Shown piece by piece: positions 40,415 to 49,159 of a stretch of 49,159 nt of DNA. The position numbers and the translations under genes are program-made. The number at the start of each line of letters is the position of its first letter. Positions within the stretch are counted from its first letter, which is position 1. This stretch comes from Albidovulum sp. (lineage in GTDB: Bacteria > Pseudomonadota > Alphaproteobacteria > Rhodobacterales > Rhodobacteraceae): contig JBGSNN010000462.1 of assembly GCA_041739655.1 (NCBI GenBank), forward strand, positions 1 through 49,159. The letters are read 5' to 3'. The notes under the pieces were generated by a model, which worked only from the letters and a program-made list of their open reading frames with translations, was not told the DNA's origin and ran no database searches.

Positions 40415-41233
40415 ATGGAAAAACTCGAAGCGGCACTGGCGAAGGCGCGTGAAATGCGCCGCAGCGCGCTCGGCGGCCCCGAGGCACCGCGCGGCAAGGC
40501 GGCGCCCGCGCAGGTGCCGTCGGAATGGGCGGCCCTGCCCGAGATCGTGCTGCCAGAGGGCAATGCCGAACGGTACCGCATCACCGCGTTGACGAGCGGC
40601 AAGTTCGCGGCACCCTACGACATGCTGCGTTCGCGCACGATCCGCACGATGAAAGACAAGGGTTGGAGCCGCCTGGCGATCACATCGCCCGAGGCTGGCT
40701 GCGGCAAATCGACCGTCTCGCTGAACCTAGCGCTGTCGCTCTCGCGTCACAAGGATCTCAGGGTGGTTCTGATGGATTTCGACTTCCGGCGCCCCTCGCT
40801 GCACCGCACCCTGGGCCACAAGCCGGAAAAATCGCTGCATGAGTTCCTCGACGGCAAGGCCGCTTTCGAGGACTGCGCGGTTCGTATGGGCGAGAACCTG
40901 ATTATCGCTCTGAACGCGACTGTCAGCAGCCATCCCGCAGAGCTTTTGCAGAGCCAGGCGACGCGCGATGCGCTCGACGCCGTTGAGCGGCGCTGGCGTC
41001 CCGATGTGATGCTGTTCGACATGTCTCCGATGCTGGCAAGCGACGACAATGTGGGATTTCTCAACAATGTGGATTGCGCGCTTCTCGTCGCCGCAGCGGA
41101 AAGCACGACATTGCCCAATATCGATATCTGCGAGAAGGAAATCGCCAGCCTGACCAATGTCCTTGGCGTCGTCCTCAACAAGTGCCGCTACGCTGACGAT
41201 TCTGTAGGCTACGACTATGGCAGCTATCAATAG
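40415..41233 (+). CDS. CpsD/CapB-family BY tyrosine kinase
   Basis: ITSPEAGCGKS, DFDFRRP, LFDMSP, GVVLN, Tyr-rich tail YADDSVGYDYGSYQ. Confidence 0.92.
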   Translation: MEKLEAALAKAREMRRSALGGPEAPRGKAAPAQVPSEWAALPEIVLPEGNAERYRITALTSGKFAAPYDMLRSRTIRTMKDKGWSRLAITSPEAGCGKSTVSLNLALSLSRHKDLRVVLMDFDFRRPSLHRTLGHKPEKSLHEFLDGKAAFEDCAVRMGENLIIALNATVSSHPAELLQSQATRDALDAVERRWRPDVMLFDMSPMLASDDNVGFLNNVDCALLVAAAESTTLPNIDICEKEIASLTNVLGVVLNKCRYADDSVGYDYGSYQ

Positions 41234-41280
41234 GACGACAAGGCAGTTGCCATCAGCGGAGGGGCAGCCCTGACAAAATG

Positions 41281-41306
41281 AAAAGGCCGGGCGACTGCCC
41301 GGCCTT
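41281..41306 (-). terminator. Intrinsic terminator of the VPLPA-CTERM gene
   Basis: AAGGCCGGGC-GACT-GCCCGGCCTT hairpin with a T-rich run on the minus strand; sits between convergent genes. Confidence 0.7.
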
Positions 41307-41326
41307 GTTAGTTGCAGTCAGTTCCT

Positions 41327-41998
41327 TCAAGCTGCCTTGCGCCTACGACGCAGAGCAGCAAGGCCACCGAGACCGCCAAGCAACAGCAGGCCTGCCGCGG
41401 GGACCGGGACCGGCGCAAGGCCTATACCCGCCAACGCACCATCTGCGAAGCCGACATTGTCGTTGGTGCTGAGGATTGTGAAGAAGATCTCACTCACCAG
41501 GATCGGCGCGAAAGTCGAGGAGGCAAAGCCGCCGCGGTTGTTGCCGATCACATCCGTCGCGTAGGTCGATACGATCGGGAAACCGCCGTTGATGGAGGAC
41601 ATCGCCACTTCCTGCGATGAGCCGTCCTTGGCGACGAAGAGATCGAGGAAGTAGAGCGCGTTCACCAGCACCGGCGCGCTGAAAGACACGCGGATCCACT
41701 CTTGGCTTCCGTTCGCGAAGGTCGTGATCTCATCGTCCTTCACTCCGACGCCATATCCGTCGGTCTGGAATGCCAGACCCGAGGCCTGCGTCGCGGCGGT
41801 CGATTTGCCGTCGAACGCCTGAGAGTTGTTCAGCGGACCGCTCGCGGTCATGTTCCACGACACCGAACCACCGAACAGCGACCCGCTGGCACCCGTTGAT
41901 GCCTTCGTGAAGTCGATCGAATAAGCATTTGCCGCAGCGGCACCCACCGCCATCGCAGCGCCAGCAATTGCGCCAGCCATCATCTTGTACCCGAACAT
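41327..41998 (-). CDS. VPLPA-CTERM sorting domain protein (XrtD substrate)
   Basis: Signal peptide; C-terminus PVPVPAAGLLLLGGLGGLAALRRRRKAA (motif, TM, basic tail). Confidence 0.92.
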   Translation of the reverse strand: MFGYKMMAGAIAGAAMAVGAAAANAYSIDFTKASTGASGSLFGGSVSWNMTASGPLNNSQAFDGKSTAATQASGLAFQTDGYGVGVKDDEITTFANGSQEWIRVSFSAPVLVNALYFLDLFVAKDGSSQEVAMSSINGGFPIVSTYATDVIGNNRGGFASSTFAPILVSEIFFTILSTNDNVGFADGALAGIGLAPVPVPAAGLLLLGGLGGLAALRRRRKAA

Positions 41999-42350
41999 AA
42001 CCACCCCTTCCGAAAATTAGTCAGCAAGCTCCATCCTGAGTACTTTACCACATTTAGCGTGGGGGGGAACACGCGAGTGCCACAATTCTTCCTTTTTCTG
42101 GCTCCCCCTGCCAGATTTCAACCATAGCGTGTTTTCCTAGTCTTTTATTAGCCTTAAGGGGTGCATTTGAGCAAACTCACCCAGAAGGCGAAACATATTC
42201 TCGCCACAATTCCGGGACGGTCTTTGCCAGATTGCGGCATCGTTTCCAAATCGTGGAAAGGCTAAAGTGGCGTCAGATCGCGATTGCAGCGTCGCAGCGA
42301 AGTTGTCAGACCGGAAAGGCAACCTCGAAGCGCGAATCCGAGCCTGAAAC

Positions 42351-43226
42351 ATGACCTCAAACCACGTTGTCATCATTCCCCACTTCAATGATTCGCGGCG
42401 CCTGACGCGCTGCCTGACGGCGCTGACCGCGGAGGACTGCAAGGGTGTAGAGATCCTCGTCGTTGACAACGCCTCGACCGAACCGCTCGACGCGATCGCA
42501 GCCCGCTTTCCCGGCGTGCGATTCGTGACCGAGCCGCTGGCGGGCGCGGCCAACGCCCGCAATCGTGGCGTGGCGGACAGCACCGCGCCGAACCTCTTCT
42601 TTCTCGACGCCGATTGCGTGCCGGCTCCGGGCTGGATCGCCGCTGCCAAGGCGTCGGTCGGCCGCGCGGACCTTGTCGGCGGGGCGATCGATGTGTTCGA
42701 CGAGACCCCGCCACCGCGCAGCGGCGCGGAGGCCTTCGAGACGGTTTTTGCCTTCAACTACAAAGACTATATCGAGCGCAAGGGCTTTTCCGTCACCGCC
42801 AACCTGCTCACGACACGCCCGGTCTTCGAGACGGTCGGCCCCTTCGTTCACGGGCTTTCGGAGGATGCCGAGTGGTGTCTTCGCGCGCGCGACAAGGGCT
42901 TTCGTCTGGTGCTTGCCGAAGACCTGCGCGTGGCGCATCCGACGCGGTCGGACTGGCCGGCCCTGAAGAAGAAGTGGCGGCGCATCACGCGCGAGATGTT
43001 CGGTCTGCACATGGCGGGGCATCCCGGTCTGATCGGGCGCGCGCTCTGGTTTCTCCGTGCCTGGGCGGTCGCCGCAAGCGGCCTTGTCCATCTGCCGAAG
43101 GTGCTGGCCCATCCGCGTCTCAGGGACGCGGGCGAGCGTTGGCGCGGCGCGCTGACGCTCCTGCGCCTCAGGTTGCTGCGCGCGGGCTGGATGATGGCTC
43201 AGGCCCTCGGCCTCAGCGGGCGCTGA
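42351..43226 (+). CDS. GT2 glycosyltransferase
   Basis: VIIPHFN, VVDNAS, GAANARNRG, FLDAD, SEDAEW. Confidence 0.9.
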   Translation: MTSNHVVIIPHFNDSRRLTRCLTALTAEDCKGVEILVVDNASTEPLDAIAARFPGVRFVTEPLAGAANARNRGVADSTAPNLFFLDADCVPAPGWIAAAKASVGRADLVGGAIDVFDETPPPRSGAEAFETVFAFNYKDYIERKGFSVTANLLTTRPVFETVGPFVHGLSEDAEWCLRARDKGFRLVLAEDLRVAHPTRSDWPALKKKWRRITREMFGLHMAGHPGLIGRALWFLRAWAVAASGLVHLPKVLAHPRLRDAGERWRGALTLLRLRLLRAGWMMAQALGLSGR

Positions 43227-43408
43227 CCGCTCGGCTGTTGGGGCGTTCGCAGCACTGCCGACTTCTTAATCCCGGCCGACGGAAACTGTGGCGCTTCTGA
43301 GCGGCCGGTCCGGTCGCTTGCACTGCCACGATGCCGCCCGCCGTGTCCTGCCTTTCTTGTCGGAAAGTCGTGGCCAAGGGTGGCGATTTGCCTTGGAGGC
43401 CCTGAAGA

Positions 43409-43669
43409 ATGGACAAATTTTCTGACTATCCGACGAACCTGACCGCGCCGGGCCGGGATGCGTCATCCGTCGCGCCGGACGACCTGAACGACCTGCCGGT
43501 CACGCCGCGCGCGCTTTTTGTCGGCCAGGGCGGTATCGTGACCGTCCGGATGGCAGGCGGTCAGGACGTGTCGTTCGAGAACGTGCAGGGCGGGACAATC
43601 CTGCCGATCCGCGCGCGCCGCGTGATGGCGACAGGAACCACGGCCAGCGCGATGATCGCGCTTTGGTAA
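43409..43669 (+). CDS. ghsA: GTA/phage head-spike base protein (RcGTA rcc01079/GhsA family)
   Basis: 86 aa, GGAGG RBS; MDKF...L.APG...V.PDD.NDL..TPRALFVGQGG.V.V...G.ILPIRARRVMATGTTA follows the rcc01079 family pattern as I recall it. Confidence 0.85.
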   Translation: MDKFSDYPTNLTAPGRDASSVAPDDLNDLPVTPRALFVGQGGIVTVRMAGGQDVSFENVQGGTILPIRARRVMATGTTASAMIALW

Positions 43670-43686
43670 TTAGACGCACCGCAGCG

Positions 43687-43724
43687 AAGAAAAACGGCGC
43701 GGGTCTCCGCGCCGTTCTTTTTTT
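43687..43724. terminator. Bidirectional intrinsic terminator
   Basis: A-rich run, AACGGCGCGG-GTCT-CCGCGCCGTT stem, then CTTTTTTT; lies between the convergent ghsA-like and spike-like genes. Confidence 0.85.
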
Positions 43725-43742
43725 GACCTGCGATCCTGGTGC

Positions 43743-45983
43743 TCAGATCGCGTTCGCCCCCAGTTTCCAGGCATCGGCGTTGGCAAGTGCCGCCGGCCCG
43801 GTGATCGCCTTGTAGGGGGCGGCGGCGGGCAGGGTGCCCGCGCCCGTGACGCTGTGCCAGACGCGCGCGTATTCCACATCACCGATGAATTGCAGCGTGG
43901 CGTTGTTCCGGGCAAGGAAGCTGAGCGCCCGGTTGCTCTGGAAGACGCCATTGCCATTGGTGATGAAGGGAACGGTGGCGACGACGCTGCCGTTGATCGC
44001 GACGATGACGTTGTGGGCCACATGGTCCGTAGCGACGACCAGATCGTACCATACGCCAGCCGCGATGCCGGCCGCCAGAATGTAGTTGTTCAAAGTCTTT
44101 ACTCCTGCGCCGTCCTTCACGTTCAACCGCAGGCTGCCGCTGTTCATCAGTTCCACATCGCAACTGATCGCGGCTTGCGCGAAGAGAATGACGGTCCCGC
44201 TGCTTGGCAGTGCCGGAACCCGGAACCGCGCCGCAAAGGTGATCCCGGTGACCCCCGCAGGCACATTGACGGGGTCGAGGAAGTAGGGACCCGTGGCCCC
44301 CGTCGCAAAGCTCGCCGCGGTTGCGGGCAGCGTGTTGGCCAGCACCGAAGTGTCCGGCATCGCGCTGACCGGAATACCATCGAGCCCAGCGACGCCGAAA
44401 TCGACGATCGGCAGGTTCTTCCAGACCTCGGCGCTGTAGTCCTCGGGGAACTTCAGCGCGCCGCTCGCGCCGCCCTCGCCGAAACGCAGCACATCGGCAT
44501 GTGTGAAGACGCCCGCATTAGGGAAGATCCTGACCCGGCCCGCAACGATCTGCGTCGATTGCGCGGGCTGGCCATTGATCTGGAAGCCCATGACGGTGGT
44601 CCAGTGCGCAAAGCTTGCACCAAGCGCCGCTTCTCCGCGCGCCAGCCGCGTTGTCGTGACCGGTCCGGCCGAGGACCAGACCTCGACCCAGGCCCCCGAC
44701 GGCTCCCAAAGAGCGTTGTCGAAGACCGGCACCGGCCAGCCGACAAGTCCAGCCGATTGCAGGATTGCCGCCGCGGTGAGCCGCGCAAAGGCCTGCCGGC
44801 CGTCCGCCGTCACGCCCGAAGGATGCGCATAGTCGGTCCAGCCGCCCGCGCCGTCGTCGGTGCCGTTGACATAGGTCAGGGGCTCAAGCCCGCGCGGCAG
44901 GAACATGGTCGCGTCGGGCAGTTGCAGCATCGCCCGCCAGCTTGCCCGCGCGGCCTGCTTGTTGACAAGGTTGGCCTGCGCCGCGCCGCCGACATAGTGG
45001 GTCGCATCGACCAGATCGGCGTCGATGTCGAACCGGTGCGGGCCGTAGGGAACCCATCGGGTATGGGCGTAGTCGTAAATCTCGCCGAACCAGTGGTCGG
45101 CATGATAGCTCAGGCCGGACCCGTAGTTGACCGTCCCAGGGATGGTGACTGCCGCGCCAGCGGTCGTCTTGCCCGAGAACAGCGGAAACAGTGCCTCGCC
45201 GTAGCTGGCACCAAGGCTGCTCGGTGCGGCAAACCATGACATGGCGGCAAGTCCGACGTGCTGGCCGTCCGCCGTCGCGAAGTCGTGCAATGCCTTGTCG
45301 GTAGCCCACGACCGCGCGGGATCGCTGTCGTTCACCAGCGCGCGCGGATCGGTGCCCGAGACGGTCTGGAAGATGACCGCGAATTTCTCGCCAGGCCGGG
45401 CGGAAATCAGCGTGTCTGCAAGGGCCGCCACGGCGGAGGTGTAAGGCGCGCCCTGACGCACGAAATGCTGCTGCGGCGTCGTGGCGGCGCCAAAGATGAT
45501 CTGCACCGCCTCATCGTCCGCGACGGTCGGCGCTGGAGCCAGATCCTGAAAGGTCGACAGAATCCGCTCGGGTTCGGACTGGCCCCAGATCGCAATGACA
45601 TGGCCGACACCAAAGCGGGTGTTGCCCTGGGCGCTGACCACGGGTGTCGCCTTCAGCCGCACCTGTGGCCGATACCATGAGGCGGAGCGCGGCACCGTCA
45701 TGGTGCCGCTCCAGATCCCGGCGCCGTCAATGGTCGCGACATCAGCCCAGGCGGTCGAGGTGAGCCCTCCGTCATCGACGGACTGCGCCCGCGCTTCGAC
45801 GATCTCGCCCGCCGTGCCGGTGCCCGTCAATGCGACGACCGCGCTGTTGCGGCCGAAGCCCGCACCACTGTCGAAGAGCGTCCGGTCGCGCGAAAACGCG
45901 GTGACCGAGACGGTGCCGAGGGCGATCGGCGGCGTGCCCTGGCCCGAGCTCTGGGTAATCGATAGCGCAGATAGTGAGATCAT
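43743..45983 (-). CDS. Putative head-spike fibre: N-terminal docking peptide, SASA/SGNH esterase-like domain, C-terminal LamG/ConA-like lectin
   Basis: Start re-assigned to MISLSALSIT (GGGGA RBS), 746 aa, no signal peptide or TM; VGHVIAIWGQSE (SASA block I), DYAHP (D-x-x-H), LamG-like WYDLVV...INGSVV...FIGDVEYARVW. Confidence 0.6.
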   Translation of the reverse strand: MISLSALSITQSSGQGTPPIALGTVSVTAFSRDRTLFDSGAGFGRNSAVVALTGTGTAGEIVEARAQSVDDGGLTSTAWADVATIDGAGIWSGTMTVPRSASWYRPQVRLKATPVVSAQGNTRFGVGHVIAIWGQSEPERILSTFQDLAPAPTVADDEAVQIIFGAATTPQQHFVRQGAPYTSAVAALADTLISARPGEKFAVIFQTVSGTDPRALVNDSDPARSWATDKALHDFATADGQHVGLAAMSWFAAPSSLGASYGEALFPLFSGKTTAGAAVTIPGTVNYGSGLSYHADHWFGEIYDYAHTRWVPYGPHRFDIDADLVDATHYVGGAAQANLVNKQAARASWRAMLQLPDATMFLPRGLEPLTYVNGTDDGAGGWTDYAHPSGVTADGRQAFARLTAAAILQSAGLVGWPVPVFDNALWEPSGAWVEVWSSAGPVTTTRLARGEAALGASFAHWTTVMGFQINGQPAQSTQIVAGRVRIFPNAGVFTHADVLRFGEGGASGALKFPEDYSAEVWKNLPIVDFGVAGLDGIPVSAMPDTSVLANTLPATAASFATGATGPYFLDPVNVPAGVTGITFAARFRVPALPSSGTVILFAQAAISCDVELMNSGSLRLNVKDGAGVKTLNNYILAAGIAAGVWYDLVVATDHVAHNVIVAINGSVVATVPFITNGNGVFQSNRALSFLARNNATLQFIGDVEYARVWHSVTGAGTLPAAAPYKAITGPAALANADAWKLGANAI

Positions 45984-46204
45984 GTGGTGTCCCCGCTGGC
46001 GGAACGGACGCCACAGGCAAAGCCGGCCAGACCGGAAGACCATCGGCGCTCGTCCGGTGGATGGCGCCGGGGGCGGCCCCGCCCATGCGCCGGATCGCGC
46101 CTGCGGCAGGGACCGCCCCGACAACTTGCGTCTGGTGAGATAGCATTGCGCGGACTGGCGTTGCGATCGCTCACCCTTGGGCGTGCGGGCGGTTAAGACG
46201 TTGC

Positions 46205-46894
46205 TCAGCGGCAGCTCGGCCCGAAGGATCGGGCGATATAGGCTGCAAGCGCGGGGACGATCACCCGCGCTTCTGCCGCTGCGGCGGGATGCAGCCCGTC
46301 GGGCAGGTCGGTCGCCCGCGGATCGTTCAGCCAGCGTGTTCTGCCATCGAAAAAGCCGACGCCTTCAGCGGCTGCAACAGCGCGTGGGACCTCGGAGTAG
46401 CGGCCAAGGAACGGCCGCTGCCACCGGCGCAGACCGCGTACCGGGTTGGTTGACATCAGCACCACGGCCGCACCGGGCCTGGCCTCTCTCAGCGCGGCGA
46501 CGATCCCGCGCAGGTTCTCCTCGGAGCGGTCGAGCGCTGTTCCGTCGAAGAGATCAGCATCATTGACCGAGAATTCGACCAGAACCAGATCAGGCAGTTG
46601 CGCCGCCACCGCCGCCACCTGGCCCAGTCCCCAGTCCGAACTGGCGCCCGCCTTGGCGACGCTGGTCAGGTTGACGGCAACGCCAAGACAGGTCGTCAGG
46701 TCTCGCGCCACTTGATCCGGCCAGACCCCGTTCTGCGTCAGGCTTGTGCCCAGCGCCACGATCCGCAGAACGCCCGCGGGCAGCGCCCGTTCCGTCAGGG
46801 GAAGATCCTGCGGTGTGGTGCCATCGTTGGAGGAGAGAAAGAGATGGGCCAGGATCGCGCAACCGGCGAGAAGCGCGACCCCCCGGCGCCGCAT
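46205..46894 (-). CDS. SGNH/GDSL hydrolase family protein, N-terminal anchor or signal
   Basis: ALGTSLT, AGASS, EFSVND, DGLHP. Confidence 0.88.
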   Translation of the reverse strand: MRRRGVALLAGCAILAHLFLSSNDGTTPQDLPLTERALPAGVLRIVALGTSLTQNGVWPDQVARDLTTCLGVAVNLTSVAKAGASSDWGLGQVAAVAAQLPDLVLVEFSVNDADLFDGTALDRSEENLRGIVAALREARPGAAVVLMSTNPVRGLRRWQRPFLGRYSEVPRAVAAAEGVGFFDGRTRWLNDPRATDLPDGLHPAAAAEARVIVPALAAYIARSFGPSCR

Positions 46895-46896
46895 CT

Positions 46897-47406
46897 TCAG
46901 GCGAGGCCCTGTTCGGCCAGTGCGCTTTCCCGCGCGTCCGCGTCGCTGAAGCGACCGTAGGCGCCGACCTCGATCCCCGAGCGGATTACCTTCGCCGGAT
47001 TGCCCGCGACGATCGACCGGGGCGGCACCGATTTCGTCACGACCGAACCCGCGCCGACGACGCAGTTGTCGCCGATCTCCACCCCCGGCAGGATCAGGCT
47101 TCGCCCGCCGATGAAGCAGTTCTCGCCGATCCGCGTGTGCAGATAGAGACCGCGTGTACGGTCATGCGTCAGCAAGCGCGATTCAAAGGCGACATAGGAC
47201 TGCGCGCCAACGTGGATGCCAACAGGAAAGGTCCGGTCGAACTTTGCCGACAGCGAAAACTGCGCGGTCGGATGAATGTCCATCTTCCAGACCCGGACCA
47301 GATAGGCGCGCTTGATGTCCACCAGAAGGTTGCGGAGCCCGCCAAGCCGGTTCAGCCCGCGTTTCTTCGCCTTCTGCATCGGTTGCGCGGTTGCGCCGTC
47401 GCTCAT
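46897..47406 (-). CDS. Left-handed beta-helix acyltransferase (O-acetyltransferase-like)
   Basis: Start MSDGATAQ after GGAGG; [36 protein letters not shown]. Confidence 0.9.
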   Translation of the reverse strand: MSDGATAQPMQKAKKRGLNRLGGLRNLLVDIKRAYLVRVWKMDIHPTAQFSLSAKFDRTFPVGIHVGAQSYVAFESRLLTHDRTRGLYLHTRIGENCFIGGRSLILPGVEIGDNCVVGAGSVVTKSVPPRSIVAGNPAKVIRSGIEVGAYGRFSDADARESALAEQGLA

Positions 47407-47971
47407 GCCCGTCGTGCCTCCATGTTGATCCGCGCTCCCTCGTTCGATCGTACCGCCGTCGTCCGAATGCCATTTGCGCACATCGAACCAGACCAAGGGC
47501 GGCCAGGCCGCCCGCAACTGGTGGTCAGGCAGAGCGTTGCCCGGTTTCGCAAACCTGGATTGGGCAACGCCTGACCGTCCCCCAGCATGAAAGGAGCCTA
47601 CAGGAAGAAGAAGTGGAAGGGCTAGATGATGCCGAAATAAAGCCTGACGGGCGCTCAGCCGGTATTGTTGAGCCCGAGAATAGAGCCCATCGTTTGGATA
47701 CAATGTCGACTTTTAGGCTGTAGAGGCGCGAAAGCCTGAACACTGAACGAACTCGAGGCCGATGTCGGATTGCAATTTGCGGTATTAGCGCTATGCCGGA
47801 ACCTGGCCCCCGTGGTGCGAGACGCGATTAGCCAGCCGCGCTTGCCGAACGCGGGATGCACCCGGCGACAGGCCATCCGAGTCGCCGCAACGATAGTGAG
47901 AATTCCGAGTGACGCGGGCCATCAGCATCTCTGCTTCGTTTTCGCCCGTTGAGGCATTGCAATCCGATGCC

Positions 47972-49117
47972 ATGGCAGAGGCAATACGCCCGAATCCACG
48001 CCTTCGCACCCTTCTCGCCGCGCCGGTCGAACGCTCGGGCATCAGTCACACCTGCTGGTCGATTCTTCAGGCCGCCGCCGAGGTTGGCCATACCCCGACG
48101 CTGCACGCCGCGTTCGTGCGTCGTGGTTCGCCTGCCGCCTTTCCGGTGACAACGGTCCTGCCCGGACCCGCGACCCTCTTGCCCTTTGATCTTCTCAAGC
48201 CGCTGGCGCAGGCCGCGCTTCACGCCCGCTTCCTGTCGTCGCTCGCTGCCGGCGACGTGGCCTATCTTTGGCCGGGCGTCCCGCTGCGCACCTTCAAGGC
48301 TGTCGCGCGGCGCGGCATTCCCATCGTGACCGAGGCGGTCAACACCCGGATGGCCGTGGCGCGGGATATTCTCGACGCCGCCTATGACGCGCTCGGCGCG
48401 GCGCCGGAGCACGGGATTACCGACGCGCGTATCGCCATGCAGGAGGAACGCAACGCGCTCTGCGCCGCCATCTTCGCGCCGAGCGCCGGTGTCGAGGCGT
48501 CATATCGTGCGACAGGCTATGCGGCCCGCGTCGTCCCTGCGGGTTTTGGAACCTGGGTGCCGGCGGACCTGCCGCAGCGCCTGCCTGCGCCGGGCCGACC
48601 GGTGCGTTTCCTCTTCGTCGGACGCGATGACGTGCGCAAGGGCCTGCATCGCCTGCTCGAGGCCTGGCGAGAGCCGCCCGCCGACGCGGAACTTCGGATC
48701 GTCGGGGAGATTTCGCCGCTGATCCGGCGGCTCTTTGCGGATGTCCTGAACCTGCCCTCGGTCTCTGCGGGCGGGTTTCGCGCCGATATGACCGCAGAGT
48801 ACCGCGCCGCAGATGTCGCTGTCCTGCCCTCGTTTGAGGAAGGCGATCCGATCGTGACCTATGAGGCGGCAGCCCACGGCCTGCCGGTGATCGCCTCGGT
48901 CCCCGGCGCGGGCCGTTTCGGGGCCGAGACCGGAGTCGTGGAGATCGTTGATCCGCAGGATCTCGGGGAGCTCCGTGCCGCACTGGCGACCTATGCGTCG
49001 GATGAGGAACTGCGCCGCGAGAAGGGCGCACTCAGCCGTGCGGCGTCGCTGGCCTATGACTGGTCGCGGGTCGCGCCGGCCCGGCTCGACCGGCTCTTCG
49101 CCTTTCTCGCGCGCTGA
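47972..49117 (+). CDS. GT4 glycosyltransferase
   Basis: FLFVGR...KGL, ADVAVLPSFEEG...YEAAAHGLPVIAS, YDW. Confidence 0.88.
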   Translation: MAEAIRPNPRLRTLLAAPVERSGISHTCWSILQAAAEVGHTPTLHAAFVRRGSPAAFPVTTVLPGPATLLPFDLLKPLAQAALHARFLSSLAAGDVAYLWPGVPLRTFKAVARRGIPIVTEAVNTRMAVARDILDAAYDALGAAPEHGITDARIAMQEERNALCAAIFAPSAGVEASYRATGYAARVVPAGFGTWVPADLPQRLPAPGRPVRFLFVGRDDVRKGLHRLLEAWREPPADAELRIVGEISPLIRRLFADVLNLPSVSAGGFRADMTAEYRAADVAVLPSFEEGDPIVTYEAAAHGLPVIASVPGAGRFGAETGVVEIVDPQDLGELRAALATYASDEELRREKGALSRAASLAYDWSRVAPARLDRLFAFLAR

Positions 49118-49159
49118 CCCGTGGCGCTTTCGGCGCCCAGATGCACCTCGCCGCGCGCC

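Noticed and set aside
43409-45983. Prophage remnant
   Set aside because: No integrase, terminase, capsid, tail or att-like repeats nearby; both genes look intact, with an RBS each and a shared terminator.
45984-46124. 47-aa N-terminal extension of the spike-like ORF
   Set aside because: Low-complexity Pro/Arg sequence; the RBS sits before ATG 45983. Similar over-extensions were trimmed for many other ORFs.
47587-47625. Micro-[15 protein letters not shown] in the 565-bp divergent intergenic region
   Set aside because: No RBS and no other support; an sRNA or regulatory role for the region cannot be shown from sequence alone.
1-49159. rRNA, tRNA, CRISPR array, IS elements, defence systems
   Set aside because: None recognised on either strand by eye; small structured RNAs could be missed without covariance-model searches.

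Overview
GC-rich alphaproteobacterial chromosome segment; gene content points to Rhodobacteraceae/Paracoccaceae (inference). There are three blocks. (i) 1-1350: the start of a PepSY-TM/DUF2271 periplasmic operon. (ii) 1488-19247: a sugar/cyclitol catabolic region with two LacI regulators and their operators, a sugar ABC transporter, three Gfo/Idh/MocA dehydrogenases, two TIM-barrel enzymes and iolD-iolC-iolB-aldolase. It is interrupted by a Tat-exported amidohydrolase and a decayed outer-membrane beta-barrel pseudogene that the ORF track misses. (iii) 19391-49117: a large capsule/EPS locus tied to exosortase D (xrtD, a VPLPA-CTERM protein, TPR lipoprotein, ExeA-like ATPase, short Wza plus beta-barrel, split Wzc, flippase, AlgD-like dehydrogenase, GT2/GT4 enzymes, two O-acyltransferases, an SGNH protein and a rhomboid). 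The most notable element lies inside the capsule locus: a gene-transfer-agent head-spike base gene (RcGTA GhsA/rcc01079-like, 43409-43669) converging on a 746-aa protein. That protein has a GhsB-like N-terminal docking peptide, a sialate-O-acetylesterase-like SGNH domain and a C-terminal LamG/ConA lectin. This is a candidate capsule-matched, enzymatically active GTA head spike. No rRNA, tRNA, CRISPR array or transposase was seen. All family calls are by motif recognition only; no searches were run.
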